DNA of 64,000 nucleotides from an uncultured Candidatus Binatia bacterium (lineage in GTDB: Bacteria > Desulfobacterota > Binatia > Bin18), in NCBI GenBank assembly GCA_965214605.1, contig OZ243961.1:1504001-1568000 (forward strand). Direction: 5' to 3'. Within the stretch, counting starts at the first letter, position 1; each line of letters starts with the position of its first letter. The position numbers and the translations under genes are program-made. The notes below the pieces were generated by a model, which searched no databases, was not told the DNA's origin, and saw nothing but the letters and a program-made list of their open reading frames with translations. Below, piece by piece: positions 11,301-20,458 of the stretch.

Positions 11301-11899
11301 TGCCGTTAGAACTCGGCAACCTAGAGCATTTGAGGCTCCTATGGATCAATCACAATCAACTCAGCGGAAGCCTGCCGTCGGAGTTGGAGAGATTCGCCGG
11401 ACTTACATCCATAAGGCTCCATGAAAACAACTTTACTGGCTGTGTCTCACATCCGTTGCACGGGCTGCGTAGGGAGTTAGCCGCCTCATCTGGCCTCCCC
11501 GAGTGCGTCGTGGCGGAGAGTGATACACAAGGTTTCAACCTCAAACGCACGTTAATCGAGGGAGCCCATCAGTGGTCCTTATGGCGGCCCGCCATCACGA
11601 CGAGCAAGACGGCTCACAATCTCGTTTTGCAAGTAGGGTTGCAAACCGGGATCATCGGCATAGCCGTGCTGCTCCTGTTGTTCGTATCCCTGATCTTCGG
11701 CCTAGTGGCGCCACAGGGTGAGGGAATTGGACCTACGCGACGGTTTGCATTGGCGTGTATCGTCACGATCATCCTTCACAACGCCTTCGAGGTCTTCTTG
11801 TTGCAGAATGCGCTCGTCCTAATGACCATAACCTGGCTGCTGATCGGTCTCTCCACGGGCGTGGTCCACGCCGGCGAAACATGCAAAGGAAGCCAATGA
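5358..11899 (+). CDS. O-antigen ligase/polymerase (Wzy_C-like) membrane protein with a very large inserted LRR array; frameshifted at ~7409 (ORFs 5358-7412 and 7397-11899)
   Basis: N-terminal multi-TM region ends in GRQILW...PWFGHGPG; C-terminus has AHNLVLQVGLQTGIIG plus TM helices; between them are about ten Cys-capped 24-aa LRR modules. A 7-bp deletion relative to sister repeats explains the split; restored length about 2182 aa. Confidence 0.8.
6468..8376 (+). repeat. Near-identical tandem 543-bp intragenic repeats with nested 72-bp LRR units
   Basis: Anchor GGCACGCCGCCTCGTGTG recurs at 6468, 7011, 7691 and 8234 (spacings 543, 680 = 543+2x72-7, 543). Confidence 0.92.
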
Positions 11900-11927
11900 A
11901 AGGCAACGGCTCCTTATTAGAGGGCGC

Positions 11928-13301
11928 TCATGACCATCGCATTCCAGCATGGCGGACCAGCTTGAGAGCCGAGGTCCACAAAAACGCCACGTCGGCGGGC
12001 CGGAGCAGCAGAGTGGCAGACATGGACAATTGGGTGGTTCTCTGGAACGTAATCCACAGGATGAAGCTGCGGCAGAGAAGGCTGCCGGTCAAGGCCCATG
12101 CAGCGCCGTGCAACCCCCACGTCGGATAAAGGACAAAGAAAAGCACGCCGTTGGCAGTGAGGCCGAGCCACATGGCATAGGAGAAGACCTGGGGAAGGTT
12201 AACGCCCCGGAAGTAGGTGGCGAAGATCTCGGCGCCAGCATAGGCCAGTACACCGATGGACATGATCCAGGTCAAATGGACGACCGGAGCAAAGGCTTCC
12301 GAGAGAAGCAGGGGCACTAGGTGGGTGCTGACGGCGAACCAGACCAGCAGCAGCCCTCCCATGGTTGACCAGGTCACGCGGGCGCAGAAGGCGGCAAGTT
12401 CGGGCCTCCCAGAAGCACTGTCGGCCGTCCGCGGCAGCAGATAGGCTGAGACTGCAGTCTGAATGAAGTTACTCTTCGTGATCAGAGTATTGCTTGTGGC
12501 GAAGAGCCCGATGTCGGCGCGATCAGCCACATTGCCCAGCAGCAGACTCCCCACTCGGGATTCGAAGGACTGGCCAACTCTCGCCGGATACTCTTTGAGG
12601 CCGTATAGAAGCACCTCTCGCAACCCCTCCCAGCTCGGCAGCTCCAAGGTCAGACCGCAATGCTGCCTTAAGTCCAGAACACAAGCCCCGACCATTGCCA
12701 AATGCCCCAATGCCAACGCCAGGACTGCGCCGCTGACGCCTAGGTTCAGTCCCCACACCAAAACTACGACAGCAGCCGCTCCCACTCCCGCACGGAGGAA
12801 GGAGAATAACGCCAGTCGGCCGAATCGCCGCAGCCCCTCTAGCTGCAGGATGATGGCGGAGACAAGGGAAGATATGGGGATCAGGAGCATAGCCATGTAG
12901 AAGGAACTCGTGCTGGCGTTGCGGAAAAAATCAAGGTCGCTATGAATCAGCGGTAGTGCTGCAATGATGGCGACCGTACTCCCAATCAGACAAAAGACGA
13001 CCGCAATCGACACACCCCGCGAGATGCTGATCCGCTTCGTGATAATGAGGTATTGCGCACCGTGGCCAGAGCCCAAGGTGACTAGGGCCCCGGCGAGGCT
13101 TCCAAATAAAACGCAGACCGTATAGGCACCGCGGCCTTCGGGCAGAAGCGTATAGGCAAGAAGACTTTGGGTTACTACGTTTAGGGTCAGGACAATTCCC
13201 CGGGTGATCAGCAGGACTGTTACCTCCTGTCGGCCGGTGGAGGCTGGTCCCGATTGGGTGGGAGGCGTAATAAGTCTCTCCTTACAAAGCCGATTGCTCA
13301 C
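11928..13301 (-). CDS. Wzx-type oligosaccharide flippase (PST/MOP family)
   Basis: Many hydrophobic helices; LAYTLLPEGRG, GVSGAVLA and GLHGAAWA motifs typical of polysaccharide flippases; start uncertain. Confidence 0.85.
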   Translation of the reverse strand: MSNRLCKERLITPPTQSGPASTGRQEVTVLLITRGIVLTLNVVTQSLLAYTLLPEGRGAYTVCVLFGSLAGALVTLGSGHGAQYLIITKRISISRGVSIAVVFCLIGSTVAIIAALPLIHSDLDFFRNASTSSFYMAMLLIPISSLVSAIILQLEGLRRFGRLALFSFLRAGVGAAAVVVLVWGLNLGVSGAVLALALGHLAMVGACVLDLRQHCGLTLELPSWEGLREVLLYGLKEYPARVGQSFESRVGSLLLGNVADRADIGLFATSNTLITKSNFIQTAVSAYLLPRTADSASGRPELAAFCARVTWSTMGGLLLVWFAVSTHLVPLLLSEAFAPVVHLTWIMSIGVLAYAGAEIFATYFRGVNLPQVFSYAMWLGLTANGVLFFVLYPTWGLHGAAWALTGSLLCRSFILWITFQRTTQLSMSATLLLRPADVAFLWTSALKLVRHAGMRWS

Positions 13302-13770
13302 TTACATCGAGATGCCGAACGCCTATATTCTATGCGCAGGGGCCTGATGCGCGCAGGTTTTATAAGCGACTCTACGCCTCAGCAGGGGTGAGCGGCTAGT
13401 TGGTGACGATCTGCGGGGATATCGGCTCCTTATAATAAGCTTTTTTGTCCCCGTGTCAAATATTCTCCACGTACACCACCGCCATACTAACCGTCGTTAT
13501 CTCCACCCGTCGGCCGGTTTGTAGCTTTTGAAAGGCTGCAGGAACCCCATGTTGATATCACGAATACCGGGGTATATGAGGTAAGACTTCGAGAGGTTGG
13601 AAGAGGCTATAGAGGTAAGCTCAGCGTTCGTTGGAGGCTGGTCACCGACGACGCTTTTCAATGTTGCGTTGGTTAACACAACCCTGGAATTGGAAGGCTC
13701 GTGCGGCTACCTCTTTATCAAAACTGTCCGAAAGTCTTGCTCATCTCATAAGGAGAAAGGCTGGAAACCC

Positions 13771-15879
13771 ATGAAGAAACGCTGGAAAACGACGATGTTT
13801 CCCCCCCTTGCCGTTCTGAGATTCTTTCTCAACCTCGGTCTTGCGGCACTGCTGCCGGTGACGGCAAGCTGTGCGCATGAGGTTGATCCTCCGCCGAACG
13901 TGCTCGTCATCTTCGTCGACGACCTCGGCTACAACGACGTGAGCTTCAACGGCGCGACCGAGATCAAGACGCCGAACATCGACCAGCTGGCGAAAGAAGG
14001 CGTGATCTTCGCCAACGGCTACGTGGCCGCTCCGACCTGCGGCCCGTCGCGTGCCGGCCTGATGACCGGGCGCTACCCGGCACGGTTCGGCATGGAGTTG
14101 AATCTGGCCTACGCGCCTTTCGACCCTGACCACGGTCTGCCAGTGGAGGAAACGACCTTTGCCACGTACCTCCAGGACTCCGGCTACCGCACCGGCCTCG
14201 TCGGCAAATGGCAGCTCGGCGCCGCGCCGCCGTTCCACCCGCTCAACCGCGGCTTCGATTCCTTCTTCGGCTTCCTCGCCGGTGAACATGACTACTTCCG
14301 CATCGACGTCACGCGCTCTCCACTCCATGTTGGCTGGCTCCCGCTCAGCGACAACCGGGGCGCGGTCGGGTTCACCGGCTACCTCACCGATGCGCTGACC
14401 GAGCGCGCGGTGGACTTCATCCGCGAGGAGTCGGAGGCGCCCTTTTTCCTGTATCTGGCCTACAATGCCCCGCATACGCCCCTGCAGGCGCCGCCGGAAC
14501 TCGTCAAGAAGTATGCTCACGTCGCGGACGAGAGGCGGCGCGTGTACCTGACGATGGTCGATTCGCTGGACTACAACGTGGGCCAGGTGCTGGACGCACT
14601 GCGGGAAACGGGCCAGCGGGACGATACCCTCGTGTTCTTCCTCAGCGACAACGGTGGCGTGTATCCCCGGCCCAGTTGGGAGAACCAGACTTGGGCGGAC
14701 AACTCTCCGTTTCGCGGCGGCAAGACCAGCTTCCACGAAGGCGGCATTCGCGTGCCGTTCGTCGCCTCCTGGCCGGCCCGTTGGCCGCGCGGCGTGACCT
14801 TCGAGCCGATGGTCATCAGCCTGGATATCGCGGCCACCGCGCTCGCCCTGGCCGGCGTCGCCGACCCGGCGCAGCCTCTCGATGGCGTCAACCTCGACCC
14901 CTTCGTTCGCGGAGAGGCCACCGGCCCTCCGCACGACGCCCTCTTCTGGCGCCGCGTGTTCCCCCGGGACTGGTCCAAGACCGTCTACATCGTGCGCGCC
15001 GGCGACATGAAACTCATCAAGGCCACCCGCGATGGGGACGCCGCGCTCTTCGATCTGCGCACCGACCCCGGTGAGACGCGCGACCGGGCCGGCGAGAAGA
15101 CGGATGCCGTGGCGCGGCTGGCCGCGCTCTGGAACGAATGGAACCGGGAGAACCTGGGATACCGCTTTACCGACGAGACCACGTATAAAAATGTTCTCCA
15201 CGAGACAAGAAAGAGGTTGGCCGCGAGGTCGATGGTAATGCCCCCGTTCCAAATAGGATCCAAAAAGGAAATGACCGATATGCAGGTGACGCCCTCGTGT
15301 TCCAACGGAGTCGTGGTGCCGGAGCCGGACCGCAATCCCGGCCTGGTCGCCGACTGCGCGGTCCTGATGGAAGTGAAGGACATGTTCGTCGAGGAAGTCC
15401 ACACCTGGAGGTTTACCCGGCCGCTCCAGACCTGGGAGGGCGTCACCATTGGCGGTCCACCGCTTCGGGTCCGCGCGTTGTCGCTCGCTCAGCGCGGTCT
15501 CCCTGGCCGCCTCCCCTCGAAGCTTGCGGAACTGGACAGGCTTGAAGAGTTGAGGCTCAGCGGCAACCGTCTGGCCGGCGGGATTCCGCCGGAGCTGGGC
15601 CGTCTGACCGGGCTGCGGCTCCTCGCCCTTAGCGATAATCTCCTGACCGGCGAGCTGCCGCCGGAGCTGGGCGCGTTGTCGGACCTGGAGGAGTTGCGGC
15701 TCCGAGGCAATCGGCTGACGGGGGCGATTCCGCCGGAGTGGGGCGGGCTGCCCCGACTGCGGCTCCTTAGGTTGGCGGACAACGGCCTTGTCGGCTGCAT
15801 TCCGCCGGCTTTGCGGGAGGTCGAAAGTCACGACCTGCAAAGGCTGGGCCTTGTGTCTTGCATTCCGGCTACGCCATAG
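13771..15879 (+). CDS. Arylsulfatase-like sulfatase with signal/lipobox-like N-terminus and C-terminal LRR module
   Basis: PNVLVIFVDDLG, CGPSRAGLMTGRY (CxPxR formylglycine motif), GKW, PH, SDNG, EGGIRVP; then CSNGVV..PGLVADC cap and LRRs; hydrophobic stretch ending VTASC; ATG 13771 follows AGGAG/AAGG. Confidence 0.9.
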   Translation: MKKRWKTTMFPPLAVLRFFLNLGLAALLPVTASCAHEVDPPPNVLVIFVDDLGYNDVSFNGATEIKTPNIDQLAKEGVIFANGYVAAPTCGPSRAGLMTGRYPARFGMELNLAYAPFDPDHGLPVEETTFATYLQDSGYRTGLVGKWQLGAAPPFHPLNRGFDSFFGFLAGEHDYFRIDVTRSPLHVGWLPLSDNRGAVGFTGYLTDALTERAVDFIREESEAPFFLYLAYNAPHTPLQAPPELVKKYAHVADERRRVYLTMVDSLDYNVGQVLDALRETGQRDDTLVFFLSDNGGVYPRPSWENQTWADNSPFRGGKTSFHEGGIRVPFVASWPARWPRGVTFEPMVISLDIAATALALAGVADPAQPLDGVNLDPFVRGEATGPPHDALFWRRVFPRDWSKTVYIVRAGDMKLIKATRDGDAALFDLRTDPGETRDRAGEKTDAVARLAALWNEWNRENLGYRFTDETTYKNVLHETRKRLAARSMVMPPFQIGSKKEMTDMQVTPSCSNGVVVPEPDRNPGLVADCAVLMEVKDMFVEEVHTWRFTRPLQTWEGVTIGGPPLRVRALSLAQRGLPGRLPSKLAELDRLEELRLSGNRLAGGIPPELGRLTGLRLLALSDNLLTGELPPELGALSDLEELRLRGNRLTGAIPPEWGGLPRLRLLRLADNGLVGCIPPALREVESHDLQRLGLVSCIPATP

Positions 15880-16026
15880 CGGACGCATTACCGATGGCCC
15901 GGCGAGGTTTCACCCTCCGAGAACAAGTCGAAATGTCTTTGAGCCGGCAGAAGTGAAGGGGGATTTGAAACTGAGCCACTACTTACGCGCCTTGAGGAAT
16001 TAGCGTGACGACGTTTGCCCGAAAGG

Positions 16027-16080
16027 GTCATTCCTGCGAAAGCGGAAATCCGATGGATGCTGAGTCAAGCCCGGCATGAC
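16027..16080. repeat. REP-like short palindromic element
   Basis: GTCATTCCTGCGAAAGCGGAAATCC...TGGATGCTGAGTCAAGCCCGGCATGAC: GTCAT/ATGAC ends and internal hairpins, resembling common bacterial intergenic palindromic repeats. Confidence 0.55.
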
Positions 16081-16201
16081 GTGCAGACGGGGCCTATGCC
16101 TGCGGATGATGGATGGTATCCTGGCAACAACTTCTGGCAGAGACACTTCAAGAGGGGTTAACGAGTTGCCAAGTGCGTAATATCACTCGCTTGAGATACT
16201 C

Positions 16202-16520
16202 GTGCTGATCAAAAGAACTCTCGTTGACCGGATACGCAGAGGGAGCGCCGTGATCCGAGCGCCTCGCTTGCTGAAAAAACTCGCGGGGGGGCTTCGTGCA
16301 GTCCTTTATCACCACCTTGGAGAACCGTGCCTTTTTACCCGGCGAATCGGAGTTTGTACGCCACCCGAGTTGTTCGAGGCACACATCGAGTGTCTCGTGT
16401 GCGACTACGACATCATGAGCCTGGATGATGTCCTGGATGGCACCCTTCCAAAGCGGCCACTGCTCATCACCTTCGATGACGCCTATCGGTCAGCGCTTGA
16501 CGTAGGCGCGCCTATTTTTC
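16202..16520 (+). pseudogene. Polysaccharide deacetylase (NodB/CE4), N-terminal fragment only
   Basis: VLYHH...TPPELFEAHI...LLITFDDAYRS; similarity is lost immediately after, with no later CE4 motifs. Confidence 0.75.
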
Positions 16521-16919
16521 TGAGAGGAACATTGCGTCGAATGTGCACCACCGCGGTGTTATTCGAGCGGTGTTATTCGAGCTGCTCTCTCTATTTAGCG
16601 TCAAGACCGCAAATGCGCCTGTTTTGTCTATGGCGCCTCTCCCAATCGACAAGTCAGCGGCCTCTGCGCATTCTTCTTCGCAACAAACAACAGACCTGCG
16701 CCTCAGGCGCCGTCCGGCAGGATTCTTCTAGTGGCCGGGCTGCCTAGCCCATCAGGGCGGCGGCTATCCAGCCTTTATCTCGGCCCAAGACTATCACCAG
16801 CTCGCAAAAGATAACCCTTTCCCTTTCTTGGCCGCCAGTAGAACATCGCACCCTTCCTGGCGTGTCAGGCTTGCTCGTCCTTATGAAAAATCTGGGTCAG
16901 AACCCGGACCGTCAGCCCA

Positions 16920-18419
16920 TCAAACCTTCAGCGTCATCTCGATAAAGCCGAAGCTGGCCCCATCACCGACAAAAATTCGATCGACAATACTGTCGCCAAA
17001 GACATGGGCAAAGAAAATATTGACGTTGACATGCCGGTTGACTGTGTAGTTCAGTGAGGTCTCAATGATCTGGAACAGATCGTGTTTGCCAAACACCGGC
17101 CGGCCGACATAGCCAAATCCAGTCTGTCGGTTCTCCAGTGTAGCTCCAGCCCCCTGGTACCACAGGTCATTGTCTTCACTCACCCGGATATTGTGAAAGT
17201 CGGTGCGCCAGACCAAGCCCTTGAGCGGTTTGAGAATAAGCTGCAAGAAGGCGTCTTCGCTATTCATCAGGTTGTAGAAGGTCGTAAACGAATATACCCG
17301 GGCGGTGGGCAGGATCTGAAAGAAGGTCTCGTGATCGTCATCGTGGGGATCATCATCGCCCGAACTGCGATTATAGCCAACCCGAATCCACGGCTGCCAG
17401 GGCAATGTCCGGGGCTGCCAGCCGATCTCAAACGCCAGCGCCCAGGCCGCATGGTCCAGCCTGCCCCAGTCACCGCCCTGTCCCACGCCCCAGCCCATCA
17501 GGTCAATCGGGCCGGCTGAAGTCGGCCTCACATAGATTAGGTTGCCGCCGGCGGTGTGGACAGCGATATGCTGGCGGTCGGCGTTACGGACTGCAGCAGG
17601 CCGGTTGTCGGTCGGTCGCAGGCCGCGCCCGTCGGCATAATAGATGTAAAACAGACGTGCATCACTGGTTTGGGCAAACGATGGTCGGGTGATGTTGAAG
17701 CCAGTGTACAACAGGTCAATGTCCTCTATCATCTCAAGGCCGGCCAGATCAAACCCACCCTGGGTCGGGTGGGAGCCGTGCACAGTCAAGTTATAGGCGT
17801 CTTTGGTATAGCTCAGGGTGAAGCCGTCATACGAGCGCCCGACGTGCGACCAGCCAAACGGGCCGATCAGGCGTTGCGAGACGCGGAAGCGCTTGATCCA
17901 ATCGGTAGTCGGGTCCTTGCTCAGCACTTCGGCCCCTTCGGCGATCAGGTGTCGCCCGCCCTTGATTGTCAGCCCCGGTACGCCCAACTGCTTGAGCGTC
18001 AGGTGCGCCTGTTTGAGAAAAACGCCCGAGTCGTTCCTGCGGCTGCTGTGAGCACGGTAGACCGCCCCCAGGCCAAAGGCGGCCTGCGGAGCGGGTGCTG
18101 AGGCGTCATCGGGCAGGCCGAGCAGGGAAGAGTTTTGTCCTTCCACATAGACATCAAAGAAGTTCTCCGACCACTTTAGCCCGAACTTGGCAACGGTTGC
18201 CGCATAGGCGTAGGAACTGTCTCCGGATGATCCCTCGAACCAGTCCCAGAACTCTCCCCGTACCCGCAGGCTGGCCGCCAGCGACAGCTTGGAGGAAATC
18301 TGAGACCGCGCCGTGTTTGCCTGGATCCGGGCCGGCAGACAGACCAGGAAGCAGACGGCGAGCAGCATGCTAGTCAGCCCCCTCCTCGCGCGAATCAAGG
18401 CAGGCGGTCGTTTTATCAT
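16920..18419 (-). CDS. Alginate export (AlgE-like) family outer-membrane beta-barrel
   Basis: Signal peptide, SLRVRGEFWDWF, LKQAHL, SQRLIGPFGWSHVGRSYDG, GYNRSSGDDD motifs; beta-strand pattern; purine-rich RBS before ATG 18419. Confidence 0.75.
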   Translation of the reverse strand: MIKRPPALIRARRGLTSMLLAVCFLVCLPARIQANTARSQISSKLSLAASLRVRGEFWDWFEGSSGDSSYAYAATVAKFGLKWSENFFDVYVEGQNSSLLGLPDDASAPAPQAAFGLGAVYRAHSSRRNDSGVFLKQAHLTLKQLGVPGLTIKGGRHLIAEGAEVLSKDPTTDWIKRFRVSQRLIGPFGWSHVGRSYDGFTLSYTKDAYNLTVHGSHPTQGGFDLAGLEMIEDIDLLYTGFNITRPSFAQTSDARLFYIYYADGRGLRPTDNRPAAVRNADRQHIAVHTAGGNLIYVRPTSAGPIDLMGWGVGQGGDWGRLDHAAWALAFEIGWQPRTLPWQPWIRVGYNRSSGDDDPHDDDHETFFQILPTARVYSFTTFYNLMNSEDAFLQLILKPLKGLVWRTDFHNIRVSEDNDLWYQGAGATLENRQTGFGYVGRPVFGKHDLFQIIETSLNYTVNRHVNVNIFFAHVFGDSIVDRIFVGDGASFGFIEMTLKV

Positions 18420-19566
18420 GTGGGCTTTCCCCTCTCTCCCTCTTGTATAGACAGGAAGCTCTGTACTAGGCGGTCGCTCCGAGAGAACAGCTGGCGAGAA
18501 CTTGGCCGGCAGGCTGTACGCCAAGGCCACATACGTAGGCACTCAGCCACATGAGTACTTCGGGCGTAGACAGGAGTTCGGAACGGGACAGGAAGTCGGC
18601 CGCCGCGGCCTCGACACTGCCTCCGGCCCCGACAATGCCAGCCACCCCGCCACGCGTGTTCTTGTTAAGGAACAGTACCACGCGTAGGTCGCGCCTTCGG
18701 ACCTCTGGACAAACAGACTGAAGATAACCATAGTCGTCGCGGCCAGAAACAGCGTAGCCATCCGGAGAAAGAGGATCAAGGCCCAGGCTCTTGGCCAAGA
18801 ACGCGCTGCCCACATATCACACCCGGCCGGTCAAACTGCTCCTGACTGTCAGTCTGTCGGAAAAGGCGTCCTCTAGCATCCGGGGAGAAACGTTCGTCAA
18901 TCCAAACACCTTGTTGACGCCGCACAACGGGACAAAGGCGCATCGGAGCGAACATCATAGAGGAGTGATGACAAATGAAACCCCAATAGCGCCAACCGAA
19001 ACAGCAGGAAGCTCTCGTAACTGTCTGCCTGCCCGATGTCCATAACCGGTAGTGACTCTCACACCAGTAGCCCAGGTATGAGTCGGATGCGTCCTAAAAC
19101 GCCGGCACGTCCCAATAAGCACGTCCGTCATAGTTTTTACACAGGACGCTCAGCAGATACAGTTTGTATGTAGAAGTCGGCCATATTGCGGAGGCTAGTA
19201 AAGAATCTTTTGTCAGCGATATGCCGGGGGTAGAAAGCGTGCTCTTTCAGTGGCCGATCTTCCTTCAGCGCGTATGGTGCGCCACAGCCACCAAGTCGTG
19301 ATAAAACATACTCCCGAGACGTCTGTGGCCGGCCCTGCAATAGCATCAACACTGCCGAGATACCCATTTATAAGTCTCAACCAACAAACCCCTGGTTGTT
19401 GGTTGCACTTTTAGTTTTCCGCCTATCACAAAAGTAGGCAGCCAGTAGTGACTAGCTCCCAGCCCAGTCGAACCATATTTTTCGGAAAAAACAAGGACAA
19501 GGGCGCGATTTGAGTCCGTTTCCTACCCACACGGGGCAGTTGTATGACAGATACTACTCCCCTCCT

Positions 19567-19644
19567 ATATGTAACGAGAGAGCTGGCTACCCATATGTAA
19601 CGAGAGAGCTGGCTACCCATATGTAACGAGAGAGCTGGCTACCC
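19567..19644. repeat. Perfect 26-bp tandem repeat x3
   Basis: ATATGTAACGAGAGAGCTGGCTACCC at 19567, 19593 and 19619, with no spacers. Confidence 0.95.
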
Positions 19645-19712
19645 ACCTGACTCGCTCCTTTTCCTTAAACACAGGGATGGCGTTCCCCTCACGCCCCCCT
19701 TTCGCTTATTTG

Positions 19713-20438
19713 CTATTGCGATGGGCGGCTGGTAGAGCGGACCGCCCGAACAATCTGAGCTACTCCGCCGCCCACCCGCTGTTTGCTAACCCGTTCAAAT
19801 CCGACGCTCTCGATCAAGCGCTTCAATTCCTGACTATTAGGCAGATAGGAGACTGAGCGTGGCAGGTACGCATATGCCGCAGCATCCGATAGCAGGGCTC
19901 CCAGCCGAGGCACAATACGATTGAAATAGATGGAATGGGTCTGCTGCATCACCCAGTTGGTGGGCGTATCGACCTCTATCAAGATCAGCCGTCCGCCGGT
20001 CTGGAGCACCCGCGCGGACTCGGCCAGAACAGCCGAAATCGACACGAAATTGCGCAGCGCAAAGCCCGACACCACCGCGCTGGCCCAGGCTGACGGAAAG
20101 GGCAACAGACCGGCGTCGGACTGCACCCAGTCGGCCCTGATACGACGTCGACGCGCACAGGCTAACATTTGTGCAGCAAAATCAACCCCAACCACCCAGG
20201 CTCCCGTCCGACTGGCCAGAGCGCTGAGGTCTCCCGTCCCACAACCCAGATCAATGACCCGGTCACCGACCCCAAGCTCGGCTGCCCGCACGGCCCTCCG
20301 CCGCCAGCCCTGGTCCAGCCACAGCGAGATCAAACGGTTTAGGACGTCGTAGCGCGGAGCGATTCGGTCGAACATAGCGCGGACGACGGCCGCTTTTTCG
20401 GCGTTGTTGGGGAGCAGCGCGCCGGGCCGATCTTTCAT
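19713..20438 (-). CDS. ubiE: UbiE/MenG family quinone biosynthesis C-methyltransferase
   Basis: VRAMFDRIAPRYDVLNRLIS, DLGCGTGD, GFALRN, AYAYLPRSV. Confidence 0.85.
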   Translation of the reverse strand: MKDRPGALLPNNAEKAAVVRAMFDRIAPRYDVLNRLISLWLDQGWRRRAVRAAELGVGDRVIDLGCGTGDLSALASRTGAWVVGVDFAAQMLACARRRRIRADWVQSDAGLLPFPSAWASAVVSGFALRNFVSISAVLAESARVLQTGGRLILIEVDTPTNWVMQQTHSIYFNRIVPRLGALLSDAAAYAYLPRSVSYLPNSQELKRLIESVGFERVSKQRVGGGVAQIVRAVRSTSRPSQ

Positions 20439-20458
20439 AGGTCCATAACACCCCCACC

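Noticed and set aside
7397-11899. Independent 1500-aa gene starting MAQQ
   Set aside because: Starts mid-LRR with no signal peptide or RBS; explained by the 7-bp deletion in a single larger gene.
13741-15888. 715-aa minus-strand ORF
   Set aside because: Antisense shadow of the sulfatase-LRR gene.
18466-19560. Several short ORFs upstream of the porin
   Set aside because: No recognisable motifs; possibly decayed DNA, cannot be supported as genes.
19567-19644. Possible CRISPR array
   Set aside because: Repeats are contiguous with no spacers, and no cas genes are present.
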